From NCBI GenBank assembly GCA_049724395.1, contig JAUGWO010000073.1:1-57749 (forward strand): a stretch of 57,749 nucleotides of DNA. Reading direction: 5' to 3'. Positions within the stretch are counted from its first letter, which is position 1; each line of letters starts with the position of its first letter. Below are positions 1 through 13,968 of this stretch, one piece after another. The position numbers and the translations under genes are program-made. Source of the DNA: Spongospora subterranea f. sp. subterranea. Its lineage: Eukaryota. Under the pieces are notes generated by a model. The model searched no databases. It was not told the origin of the DNA and was given only the letters and a program-made list of their open reading frames with translations.

Positions 1-13
1 CGACAACTGGATT

Positions 14-582
14 TTGTGCCATGATCCGATTCATCATAATTCTTGTTTTTTCGTTCGGGATAGGACTGCAGTGACAATATTTTATCTGACACATCCAGGA
101 TCATTGGCTGAAGCTGCGTCGTTGTTCGGTATGAGCAAAGCGACTGCTTTGCGTTCCGTGACGCAAGTCGTTGCTATTTTGATCAGCATCATGCCTTCCG
201 TAATCCGACTTCCCGAAACTGCCGAAAAGTGGAACAACTTGCCTCAGGGATGGAAAAGATCTGTGGATTCCCCAACTGTGTGCTGTCCGTTGATGGATGT
301 CTGTTTCAAATCGAGCGGCCACATGACTACGAGGGTTGGTACTGTAGGAAAGGTTATCCAGCCCTTAATGTCCAGATGGTTGTTGATCACAGAGGCAAGC
401 TTCGATCTTTCGATATTCGACCTGGATCGGCGAACGACAAGGCAATGTTTAACTATTCCGAGTTTGGGTCTACTATTGATTCAGTCGTACCAAAAGGGAA
501 GCACGTTGTTGCCGATGCTGGCTATAAGGCAACCGTTTCTGTCATGGTTCCTTATCCTGTTGAAGAAGTTATGAAACCGGAG
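14..582 (+). mobile_element. PIF/Harbinger DDE_Tnp_4 transposase fragment (frameshifted, truncated)
   Basis: HTH-like FYLTHPGSLAEAASLFGMSKATA, then after a 1-nt shift at ~232: GFPNCVLSVDG, RKGYPALNVQMVVD, PGSAND and ADAGY, typical Harbinger catalytic motifs. Confidence 0.85.
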
Positions 583-780
583 GTTCCCACTTTTCGGCAG
601 TTTCGGGAAGTCGGATTACGGAAGGCATGATGCTGATCAAAATAGCAACGACTTGCTTCACGGAACGCAAAGCAGTCGCTTTGCTCATACCGAACAACGA
701 CGCAGCTTTAGCCAATGATCCTGGATGTGTCAGATAAAACATTGTCACTGCAGTCCTATCCCGAACGAAAAAACAAGAAT
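583..780 (-). repeat. Inverted near-identical duplication of 38-235 (Harbinger transposase segment)
   Basis: Reverse complement matches 38-235 with few substitutions; ORF 569..814(-) repeats CFFVRDRTAVT...PETAEKW. Confidence 0.95.
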
Positions 781-1068
781 GTCTGCGGTATGTTCGGACA
801 AAAATCTGCCTCAATCTTGAGAAAGTGCGAAAATCGGACTACTAATTCTGAACAGAGGGAGTACTTACTTTTAATTGTAGGGGGTATCAAAAGTTAAAAT
901 ATTCCACAGAGTTGAAAACGTTTCCTATTTTACAACGCTTTATAATGGCTGATTTTGTGCAGTTTCAAAGGGTTTTTGCGAAAGGGGTGTCAGATTTGCG
1001 TCAGGTCACTGAGTTCACCGAACGCCTTGTCGGTGAAACCCTGATGATATGGCAATAAGGGTTGGGTT

Positions 1069-1329
1069 GTGCGACATGGAAGGGGCACACAGACCCAACG
1101 CGTGTCGGTACGAATGACGGCCTACGAAAAAGACATGATAATTATGTGGCTGCTGGACAAGTGCAACTTCGACCTGATTAACGGCGGCAATTCTGGGCCT
1201 CTCCAAGTGGGCAAGGCAGTCAGGAAAACGACCGCGTACAGCAGTCTCGCTGCCTTCATCAACAGCACGCGAAACGAGGTACAATTCATACCTAACTTCA
1301 TTCAAATCGGCAAAACGCGGATCGACTAA
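1069..1329 (+). pseudogene. Myb/SANT-like DNA-binding ORF fragment, probable Harbinger partner protein
   Basis: IIMWL..NFDLINGG..KTTAYSSLAAFIN resembles Harbinger accessory proteins; adjacent to the transposase debris. Confidence 0.45.
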
Positions 1330-1345
1330 TCAGACGGGCTGGGTA

Positions 1346-1546
1346 GGACCGATTTCCATGATCTGTTGGTGATTCTGAGAAAATAATTCCGTACGTTCAA
1401 ATCTGAATCCGATTGAAATTTCTGTCAAGGACATGTATTGCAAAGCCCCACTGATTGAACACGAATTTTTGTAGCGATCTCGCAGCTTCTACATAGGTTG
1501 GGATATCGTGGAATAGAAAGTAAGTAAAAACGAAGCACCGAAGGAA
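1346..1546 (+). repeat. Diverged ~200-bp direct repeat, copy 1
   Basis: Shares ggaccg..tttccatgatctgttg, tcaaggacatgtattgcaaagcc, ctacataggtt.ggatatcgtggaata and gaagcaccgaag with 6990-7192. Confidence 0.85.
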
Positions 1547-1859
1547 TAATGATTGTGCTGGGACAAATCGGGCACTGAACTAGGTGATCTGGTTCCAGGG
1601 AATCAGGATGAATATCTACGGTCTGTCCAGGCCATTTCTACACAGGTCAGTGGATTGTTAATTGGTCGAGTCTCCAGACCCTCAAGTATAGACCCACTTG
1701 ACCATACTCTATCTAGTGTCCAGTTGTATTTGATATCTCGTCTGTTACAGTAATAATGTGACAGACGATATAATTATAGCCCCTGTACTGTATTATATCA
1801 CAGTCTGGTGATCTATATCACAATCATTAGAAGTAATTGGTCATTATTGTGATATCATT

Positions 1860-4800
1860 ATGACAGGAACAGGTATTGCAGAGATTGTGATGATCATGAT
1901 GATATTGAGGTCGGGGGTCTCAATGATTGTCCAAACATCACAAGATGTCTTACATACTGCATTAAAAAACGGGTCCATATCGAGTAATTATGTTGAGTTA
2001 TGCTGTAAATGACTAATCGGATTATCTAGAGATGAAATAGCTGAGAAATTGGCTTATGAGATTGAGGAGGAGTTCATTAATCGCCCCTATACAATTCCAC
2101 TCAGCTATAGTATGTGGGGACATTGGATCGGAATGGTTTGAACATTGTAGGGGGACTGATACAATATTACACTAATTAAAAACATCACAGGGTAGTTCAT
2201 TCGACACTTCGCACCACAACTATCAATATGGCACTTTATTACAACCGGTAAACTAAAGGTGACAAAGGCTCTGTTTTCCAGGTCATTTAACGTCAATAGG
2301 GAAAATGTCGCCAACATTATAATAGACAGAGGGGCCAATCTATTGTTAACGGATCAATATGGGAATACTCCATTGCACATCGCCGCTTTTCGGGGCCTGT
2401 ATTATATTCCTCATCACATGGTATCACATCTTATCTCAAACGTCTATAGAAATATCGCCGTCATTAAGATCTTGGACAAGATCAAAATGTTGAAACCACA
2501 AGTTATTGATATCAAGAACTCGGCTGGTGATACCCCACTCCACATGGCAGTTCGTTATAATCGGTTGGTCGTATATACTGTTTGATTTTGATCTCCTGTC
2601 AATGATTTCTACCGGTTTATAGGACCTTGATTGTCAAGAGTCTGTTGGACAGAGGGGCCGATCCCATGATTGCTGACAGATATGGGAATACGCCATTGCA
2701 CCTTGCAGTAAAGAATAACCTGTAAACTGCTCTAATCTGTTTATTTGTATATCGAACACATCTGATTGAGATCTCACAGGAGTGAAGAGATCATTATAAA
2801 TATAATTGATGCGGCGAGGCGAAAAAAAACGGTCGATATTCTGGACCAGAATGGGAAGACGGAACCTTCTGTGGGTTCAAGTGGCAGAATAACTCATAAT
2901 GACCTGTATAGTGTTAACCGGTCTGTCGAAATCATTGAAGTCGCTGATTTGATCTCACAGGAGTCCATGTGCCCATCATGGGGCGACATCGGATATAATC
3001 AAAATCAGGAACGATTATTGGGGGAAACTGCTATCTTTCAACTTATTGGTCATAGGTTCCGTTTTCCTAGTCACAGATCTTCTGTTTGGGGCCGATTCAT
3101 CTATTTGCGCCATCACATTACAATGACGTCTGCATTGTATTCGCTCACATCTCACCAAATATCAAAGGTAATTGGTTCTGATTTGCAAAGGACCGATCAT
3201 TCTGTTGACTTCCAATTTCCATACCAAAATGTAAAGTTTCACATCTGGTTATTTCAAGATTCTGTTGGACAACGGGGCCGATCCCTCTATAACGGATATT
3301 GGGAATAATTATGGCCCACTCACCAATCATCAAAGCCTTACAATGTATCACAGGACAGACTATCATTCTCTCATGCATACAACATATGAATGTCAACCAC
3401 CGGAACAACAATGGGTCCACACTGCTCCATGGCTGTAAAGTATGAACGGTTGGTCGTTAATTTGTTCTTTGACACATTCAGCGCCTTTCAAAACGGTATT
3501 CAGGGGAGTTGTGGTCAAGGATCCGTGGACATAGGGGCCGATCCCTCTATGCGGATAATTATGGGAACACTCTATTTCATATCAATATCCCATCTGCATT
3601 GTAAATGCACCAAATCTCACCAATCATCAAGAGGTTTCACTGATGTGCTCACAGGACAGACGAATTCATTCTCTCATGCATACAACATTTTTCATATCGG
3701 ACGACGAATTCTTACGTGGTCCAAGGAAATCAAAGGTCCGCTTCCACAAATGTCAACCACCGGAACCACCTAGGGGCAACACTCCTCCAAACTGCTATAA
3801 AATGTAAACGGTTGGTCGTAATTTTGTTCCTTGATACAGATCAGCGCCACAAGAAAACGGGTAATTTAGGGAGGTTGTGGTCAAGTATCTGTTGGATAGA
3901 GGGGCCAATCCCATTATTGCTGATGCCCAAGGCCAAACAGCACTGCACCTCGCAATAAAGCATGGCCTGTATACTGCACTGATATTTCAATGTACCATGA
4001 ATTCTGATTGAAGTTTCACAGAAGTCAGCAGATCGTCATTCATATCATTCGTGCGGGGAGGCCAAAACCATCTCACCTTCTGCTCCAAAGTGGCATGACG
4101 GAACGCTTCTATGCGAGTATAATTCACAGATTGATTCGTGGCCTGTATATGCCTAATGTGAATCCAGCACATTAAGTGGCTGATTCAATCTCACAGAAAC
4201 AAAGACCTTGTTATTGAAGTACTTAATCTGTCATGCGATGGAATAATCAATTTGCGGGACCAGGACGGGCGAACTGCTCTTTTTATGGCAGCTGAGCGTA
4301 GGTTGGTTAAATTTACTGTCTACGTCTCATCAGCTCTTTCAGCTTTTTTCTTATTAATAGTGCTGAGATCGCTCAAATTCTTTTGGAAAATGGTGCCGAT
4401 CCCACCATAAAGAATAGGTATAACCTATGGCCAAGTTTACGACAACGTCATGTAAATTGATTAAATCTCACAATTTCAAATTATCCCTGAGGTGAACACA
4501 GGACCGACGAAAACTTCATCTCAATGATACAGAACGTTGATGTCAACCACCGATACCGTGATGGGTCCACAATTCTCCATCTTGCTATTAGGCTTCATCG
4601 GTTGGACTTGATTTGCGTTGGACTCTGAGCAGCCCTTCAATTCAACTGATTTGTTAGTGAAGTGGTGGTCAAGTATCTGTTGGATAAAGGCGCCAATCCT
4701 GCTATTGCTGATAATTCTGGAAATACAGCACTGCATCGTGGAATAATCTGTGGCGTGTATGCTGTTCAATTGCTATTACTATGGTATCTGATTGGAATCT

Positions 4801-6084
4801 CACAGAAAAAAGCAGATACTCGTTCATATATTTGATGCGGCGCGGCCCAAGGCGGTCGATATTCTGGGTTCGAATGGATTCACCCAAATTTCTGGGTGTT
4901 TGAAAGGAGAAGGGAATCATGATGATAGGTTTCCGCTCAAATGTGGATCTAGCACATTCAAGCCACTGAATTCATCGCATAGACGGATTGGCGCCTGCGA
5001 AATAATCAATCTGAGGAACCATCAGGGTCAAACTGCTCTCTTAATAGCATTTCGTTTTTCGCAGTTGGCAAAGTTTACTGTCTGGATGTGAACCGTCAAT
5101 AATGGGGTTTTGTCGCAGTCACCAAATCGGCCAACTTTTGTTGGAAAAAGGTGCTGACCCGCACTTAGCGGATAATTTTGGGAACACACTCTTGCATTTC
5201 AATATGTTTGGGTTCATGTAAATTGCTCAATCTGCATCAATTATTCAAACATGATTAAAATTGCTCACAGGACAGACGAATTCATTATTTCGATCATTAG
5301 AAACCATGGATATCAACCACCACAACAGTGATGGCAACATTTTTCTCCATAAAGCTGTTATAAATAATAGGTCGGTCTTATTTTCGTAATTGACACTGAT
5401 CATCATCTCAATAAAAATGATTTGTTAGGGAAAACGTTATCAAGGAATTGTTGGATAGAGGCGCCAATCCCAAGGCTCTTAAATATTACAAGGATACAGT
5501 TCTGCACCGTGCAGTAAAGCATAACCTGTATACTGATCGAGTTTCATATATTGTCAAATGATCTGATTTATATTTCACAGTAGTGAGCAGATCGTAATCG
5601 ATATAATTGAAGCAAAGGCTTTCCGTCAAGTGTGGCAGAATAACCTGAAGAGACGGTGTGGGTTCTTTGGTGGATTGTTGAGTCTTTGTGGCCGGTACAT
5701 GTTCACACATATGTCTAAAACATCGAAATCGCTGAATTGATCTCATAGAAAACTGAAAGACAGTTTCTTTGGAACGTGGGACCAACGACTACTTAACATC
5801 CAAAACAAGTCTGGCAAAACTGCTCTACATTTGGCAGTTTTGCAACAGCGGTTGGGCAAATCAGGCCTGATCAACCACCTTTGACTGATTGACTAATCTG
5901 GCTAAATTGCAGGGTCGATCTGGTTCGGGTTTTTCTGAAAAAAGGCGCCTCCCGCACCATCAAGTCTGATGGGGAGACAGCGCTTGAGTTGGCTATTAAG
6001 AAGAAGAGGGCAAACAGTACACCAATCGCCGCCACAATTGTTGAACTTTTGCAAAGCAAAACTTCCATCAACCAAAGACCTTGA
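1860..6084 (+). CDS. Multi-exon ankyrin-repeat protein with hydrophobic N-terminus (candidate secreted effector); several internal exons disrupted
   Basis: Repeated LLDRGA[DN]P..G.T.LH.A motifs; 99-nt phase-2 exons at 2300-2398, 2623-2721, 3870-3968, 4658-4756 and 5429-5527; N-terminus MTGTGIAEIVMIMMILRSGVS; last exon ends ..SINQRP* at 6084; indels or stops in exons around 2800-3800. Confidence 0.75.
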
Positions 6085-6989
6085 ACTGCATTGTATAAAA
6101 CTGCCGCTCTTTAGACAGGTTTTACTCGGACCACGTTGGATAACAGTAGATTTCGGTTTGTCGCCAAACACATATTGCGAGGTCGCCAGCGGTTTCGATC
6201 TGCGTGATTCGGTCAAGACGTAATCGCTCTATCACGTTGATCATCAGCATCGCACATAAGACCACAAGTCTAAAACATCAGCAGTTTTACCGCATTCTCA
6301 AATCAGACACCTTTTTCAAATCAACATCGCTATAATCTTTAGGTGGTAAATCGCAAACCATTGCTTGATTGACTCAACACGATGCGCTCGGAAACTTGGC
6401 CTGTTCTTGCATGTGCACGATGAGTAATTCTTGGTGAATTTGGTGGGAATATCATCTCAAATTGGATACGGTGCACAGTTTCATTGTTTCAGGAGGCGCA
6501 TTCAACTTGACCAACCATCATCATTGCTGTGTCATACCTCGTTCACAAATACGATGCCATCTGTGTTAACAAACACTTTCTCCCTATCAACTCTATTCTT
6601 CAGTGTACTGGTTTGTCTCTTGTGCCGCTGAATTTCGCTCAGTTCGAAATGGAGGTCTCATTGGTACTGGTAAAACTTGGAGTATCAGATTAATTACTTT
6701 CAATGGCACCGCGGTTAAGAGAGTTCACCGTGATAAAATTAGAGCAGATGATTGAATGTGCCGATTTCCAGAATTATGAGCCTGGATTCGGGTGACAATA
6801 CACGCGCGCAATCGATGGCGATTTGTAGACAACAAAAGCGAACTAACAAGAAAACAAACATGCAGTATAGACGGGTCGCGTTCGCCTCATCATTTCGATT
6901 GGTTTCCAATATTTGACGGTTGACCAAGGTGGTTGGTTGTATATGAAATTAATGATATTTACTTCATTTGTTTGCCAGGCAACTTGTTT

Positions 6990-7192
6990 GGACCGTTTTC
7001 CATGATCTGTTGATGCTTCTGAGAACAAAAGTGTTTGTGACGTTCAAACTACTTTTGATTAAAATTTCTTTCAAGGACATGTATTGCAAAGCCTCACTGA
7101 TTCTACCACAATTTTTGTAGCAATTTTGTAGTTTCTACATAGGTTTGGATATCGTGGAATAAAAAAAAGGTCTAAATGAAGCACCGAAGAAA
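6990..7192 (+). repeat. Diverged ~200-bp direct repeat, copy 2
   Basis: Aligns by eye with 1346-1546. Confidence 0.85.
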
Positions 7193-7239
7193 AGATTCTT
7201 TGTCAAGAACGTATTTTCTTTCCGATGCTTAGCCAGGCC

Positions 7240-8630
7240 ATGGTCTCTTCCCATCTTCAGGGCGCTGAAATCTGTTATACTCTTGATCTCAACAAGGGTT
7301 ATTGGCAGCTTCAAGTTACCGGTGATATCGACGTCCAGGCTTTTCAGACGCCTCTTGGTATTTAGGTGTCGAACCGCCTGATGCAGGGTGAACTCAATGG
7401 TATTCTTCATTTCCAGCAGTCGATGACGACGGCGTTCGACGGTCTGCTTTATCGGTCGCTACTAATCTGGTTAGACGACCTTGGTTACACTAAGGGATAG
7501 CCGGAGAGCCGATGTGTCTCACTCCTTCGAAATCTCGCGCCACTTTCGAGATTTGTCGCCAACAGAATCTCAAACTAAGTGCTTCCAAGACCATACTCTG
7601 GCAGACACATGCTAGATGGTGTGGCAAAATTTATTCCCGAGGCGTTTCCCCAGATCCAATCAAGATTCAATCCCTTGTCGATATGCCGTATCCTCGAACA
7701 GGCAGCGATCTCCTACAGTTTACATTCGCTTGCCAATGGTTCGCTGACTCGATTCCCCGTTTTGAGGAGGTTGTGTCGCTTCTCCGCCATACTCTTGAGG
7801 CTCTACTTAAAGGCCTGTCGAAGCGAACGAAGCGGGCGGCAAGCAGGATCCCAATAACTGATTGGACCGAAAATGACTGTACCGCCTTCGATAACGTTCG
7901 TGCCGCCCTTATTAATGTTATTACCTTGTCGAGCCCTGATCCATCAAAAGTTTTGTATGTTTTTCTCGACGCTAGCCAACGCTACTGGAATATCGTTATC
8001 ACTCAGGTGTCCACTGGTGACGTCGGTCGCCCTTACGGTCTTCAGCGTCACGAACCGGTGGCATTGCACGGCGGCGCCTTCAAAAATTCCGCACTGCATT
8101 GGTCCATGTTAGAAAAGGAGGCTTTCCCTTTGGTCGTGGCCGGTTATAAGTTTCCTTAATTATTGATTCGTGACGATATTGTTCGTGTTGTCACCGACCA
8201 TAGGAATTTGTCAATTTGAAATTCTTACTCGATCCTCTCTCCGTGAAACTTGATTTAAAAATATGTCGTCGACAAGGTGGCTCGATGGCGTCTACGTTCT
8301 AATATCAACTCTATCCGTTATGTTATCGAAGTGATCGGTGGTGACGACAACGATCCGGCCGATATGTTTACTCGTTGGGCTGCTCCAGTTGCTGTAGTCG
8401 CCAATGTGTACGCAGTGTCTCCTCTCCCTCGCGGCGTCGTTTACCCCCATGGTCCGCCGTCGGAGACCGTCATTGCCGAATCGCAAAATAGATACTTCTC
8501 AACCGTTGCTCAGGTTGAGGAAGGTGGCCGTATTTTCCAGCGAGACGATCGCGGATTTCTTGTTGACCAGAACGGTATTCTGCTCGTTCCTGGCGACGAT
8601 CGCTCTCTCGTCCTTCGCATTCTGTTTACC
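7240..8630 (+). mobile_element. Degenerate Ty3/Gypsy pol fragment (RT, RNase H)
   Basis: LDLNKGYWQ, RLMQG, LIWLDD (RT); FLDAS, WSMLEKEAF, TDHRNL, N.PADMFTRW (RNase H); multiple frameshifts. Confidence 0.88.
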
Positions 8631-8984
8631 GTACTTCACAAAAAAATGGTTAACAAAAAAATCACAATATCTCCAAAACTAAGCACATAAAACATTATTC
8701 GAGATAAGAATTATAGTTGAAAGTATCAACGCCGATAAGAGCGGCCCACAAGTGCAAACAACGTTAGCCAACCCGTCGAACTGTGACAAACGACATGTTC
8801 TCCAGCAATATCGCTCTGACGTGCCGGAGAACATGGCCGGTTGAGACAGCCATTAGACTTATACAAGATCGGCGGTTGACGGACATTGTGTTTCATTTGA
8901 GTGATTGCTTCCCCGTATTTAAGGTGCAACTGTAGTAACTCGTGTTTGACAATTTCTGTATAAGTAGAAGTGCACTTGGGGTTG

Positions 8985-9751
8985 ATGGATCTGGACCATC
9001 TTGTTCGGGCTGTGGTTGCCCCTATTTTCGTTGTGCTCGTGTCCATTCTAATCGCCACCAAGTCGACTAGGCTCGGTAACAAGTCCCGATTCCATCTGCG
9101 ACGAATGCTGTTTCATGTAACTATCGGTAATGATTGTTCAATGTTGATTGTAAATCGTATAGATTGATATTGACCCCAGGCTTAACCTGTGCAGCCGTCG
9201 GACAATATTTTATACCGCCGTTTCTGTGTACTTATGTGCTTACCACCTCCATCATCGTGTTCTACGTTCTGCATCAAATTCGGTTGATTTCGCCTCCATT
9301 TAATGCGCGCTTCAATCGCTTGTTCTCTTTTCTTTTGAGACCATCGGAGTTCGATTCTCTTCCTACTGCGTTTTATTTCTTAATCGGAATGAATATCGCC
9401 ATTACTTTCTTCGATGCCGACATTGCGATTTTGTCAATTCTCTTCTTAGCGATTGGTGATCCAACTGCATCTTTATTTGGAACGTGGCTCGCGTCGGGCG
9501 ATTCCATTCGGTTTTCAAATGGGAAAACGGTCATAGGAGCATTGGCAAACTTCACAGCTTGCTCCATAACTGGAATATTGTATTTACGGTCAACTCATTC
9601 CCAAACCTACATGATATATTCGGTCATTGGTGCATTAGCAGCTAGCTTGAGCGAATTAATTACGCTCCCTGGAGTTGATGATAATTTGGCAATTCCGCTG
9701 ACATCAGCTCTGGCTCTGACGGCGCTCAGAAGGCTGCTCCCTGTGAAATAA
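8985..9751 (+). CDS. CTP-dependent kinase of the DGK1/dolichol/phytol kinase family
   Basis: RRMLFH, LAIGDPTASLFG, GKTVIG and DDNLAIP motifs; multiple TM helices; intron 9127-9179. Confidence 0.85.
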
Positions 9752-10249
9752 TACAACTGAACATTGTCATGAATCTCGTGGAAAACGACGAATTGTGGCC
9801 TTTTGACTCGGCTTAGCTGTTCTGTAAACGTTTGTCATCTCCATGTTACGAGCGTAGATTGGATTATTTTTTCCTTGAAAACCCAATAGATAAAAATATC
9901 CATCGTCTGCCGAAGGCTCTCTCTAGTATTTCAAACCATCTGTGATATCGCTGAGCGCAAGGTGGTGCCATTATTTGCCTCAAGGTTCTGCTGCCAAGAG
10001 AATTACACCTAATTATCGGGCCAAAACTAGCAGCCGACAAGGTTTCCCGTTTCATGCTACGCAATAGACACATATGAGATCGCTTGTGGCAGTGAGTAAA
10101 GACCTTGCGTCATGCCTGCGTTGGACAAGATATTGTCATCCACCCGAGTGTTTGCGCATATTCTTTCATGTCCCCCATAAACGACCTCCTCCTTGTCCTG
10201 TCCAAAACAGGCGCTGAAAAGATGCCTGAGTGATCCTGACAATAGGAAA

Positions 10250-10545
10250 TTTTTCACAAGGAGCAGCTTTCTGAGTGCAGATCGAGCCAAGATCTGATGT
10301 CAGCGGAAGTGTCAGATTTTCATCGACTCTAGGGGATATGAAACCAATTCGCTCAAGCTTGCTGTTAACGCACCAGCGACTGAATCTTTCATATAGATTT
10401 GGAAATGAATGACCTTAAATCAAAATTCCAGGCTATTGAACAAGCTGTGAAGGTTGCCACAGCTACTATGACCGTTTTCCCGTTCGACATCGTATAGAAT
10501 CGACCGTCGCGCGTCACGTTTCACATAACGATACGATACGTTGAA
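10250..10545 (-). pseudogene. Inverted, degenerate partial copy of the 3' part of the DGK-like gene
   Basis: Reverse complement aligns to ~9462-9750 (gggaaaacggtcatag, cttcacagcttg, gcttgagcgaatt, ttccgctgacatcag, ctcagaa.gctgctcc.tgtgaaa). Confidence 0.85.
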
Positions 10546-10883
10546 AATGACTTGACACCGTCCCTCTGTGCATAACAACTCGAGATTACGTTAGGTACAC
10601 CACTGGAATAGGTCTAACATGTTCGTAACGAATGAGGCATCGGGTGCCGTTTTCGTCAAACCACGCTCTTTCATTGAGTTTTCAAACCGCAGGTCCAATA
10701 TTTCGAGGCAACAATGCTGGCGAGGCCTGCAAATCCTTTAGCAAACAAATCTGAAGTATTGTGCGTCAAGAAACGACGTTCAAGGAATGCTAGTGGCAGA
10801 TTAAAGGGCAAATAATGCGAATTTCTGTATAGATTAACGCATTCATAATAGAGATATTATTAGGGGAGATAAACACTTGAGAC

Positions 10884-12394
<1,511 letters not shown>

Positions 12395-12689
12395 TACTGG
12401 CTCTGGCACGTCCTCCAGAAGATTGTTCGGAGATAGTGGTCGGAATTATAGTCATCGGAATTGACCTTTCATGGACAGAATTGGGATACAATAATCACCT
12501 CATGATATAGAGTTCCTCCCGTTCATTGGCCAAGGGGGCTGATAATCCTGGGCAATCTCGTTTTGGGCGTTAATACACCCACCCACTTGAACATACTGAC
12601 CCGCTTCAGCATAACCATTTTGTTAATACATGTCCAATTTCATTCGGCAGTATGCATTTATGGTGCCCGTGAAAAAAAAAGTGCCATTT

Positions 12690-13661
12690 TTATGTGAAGG
12701 AGTATGACGATTGACAATGCCCTCTTCTAGAACAAGAAGGGACAGGACGCAGCTGCAGTTTCTGAAACGGATTGGAATTCGGATCGCAATAAAAACCATC
12801 AATTTGTCCTGAGGTCCGATCAAACACAATATAATAAAAACCGTCACTGAATGTCAGGTCGATGTCAGGGCCGTAGCATTTGGTTAGGATAATGGGTATC
12901 ACGTACATTGTTAATCCACAATCGGTGGCGGTCAGATTCACGAAGTTCGTCTCTTTCCATCTCATATATATGAAACGAGACCGAGCCAAATACCCCCATA
13001 ACTCTTCGCGAGACCGCTTTATCTGATCGATTAGGGAGTTGCTCGGTCCTTCGTTCTCATATTCCACAGATGCTGATGCCAATCGGGGCAATTCTCCAGA
13101 GAACGAGGAAAACTTCTCCCAATGACTAACTAATGCCAGAACTGAACGACCAATGAAAACAACAATGACGACACTGACAATCCGAATCATACGAACTGCC
13201 CCACTTCCGGGTAATAAACGAGGCATTGCGCCCATCAATAATTTCCCCATCCCAATGGGTCAGTACTTGTGAGTGATGTGTTGATGGAACGTCCATTGCC
13301 TGGACTCCCAATCCACATTGGGAACATATATCCTGTGAGCAGACAATCCTACCTCCATACACCCCGAAACAATTCCCGAACAAAGGTCAACGTGCTCAAT
13401 GATCTACTCAGATCCATGAAAATCTCTCATAGCGACGATTGCACAGCAATATACCACTTTAACACCCCACGTCTGAATTCTGCGACCATTGTTTTCTACG
13501 GTTTGACTGCCTCTAAAAAGCAACCACAGTTGGTTCAAGCTAACAACAGACCCCGGTATAGCAGACTTGAAATTTTGCCCCGGGTGCAACATGGAGATCA
13601 GGCATCCTTGTACGCAGTAACCACATTTACATAGACCCGATATCGGGGACGGCCCAGGCAT
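12690..13661 (-). CDS. GID4: GID4/Vid24 subunit of the GID/CTLH E3 ligase
   Basis: THWDGEIIDGRNASFITRKW, RFIYMRWKETNFV, GFYYIVFDR..G.IDGFYCDP...PFQKLQL; multi-exon. Confidence 0.9.
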
Positions 13662-13968
13662 GGACGTTGACGGTGCTTTTCACCGAACGGTACGAAAATG
13701 AACACGATCTGAATATGACTTTGTGGAATATGATCTATTGCGGTCATGTACTTATGTTAGTGATGCGGAACCCTCAGGAGACGCCACCACCGCTCCAGTC
13801 GGAAATGGTGTTACAATTCGCCCATGTTGCTAACGTGGTAACGTGTGGATTGGAGCAGCCTCCTCCCAACAAACTGCCCCGATAGTGAGAGTGTTTAAAA
13901 CAGTTTTGTACTTTGAAGTAGAATGGGGAGTCATTGAAGTTCGCGATTACGTGTAAATGGGGGATTGG

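Noticed and set aside
1346..7192. Direct repeats as LTRs of a retroelement carrying the ankyrin gene
   Set aside because: No TG..CA termini, PBS or PPT seen, and the pol fragment lies outside the pair
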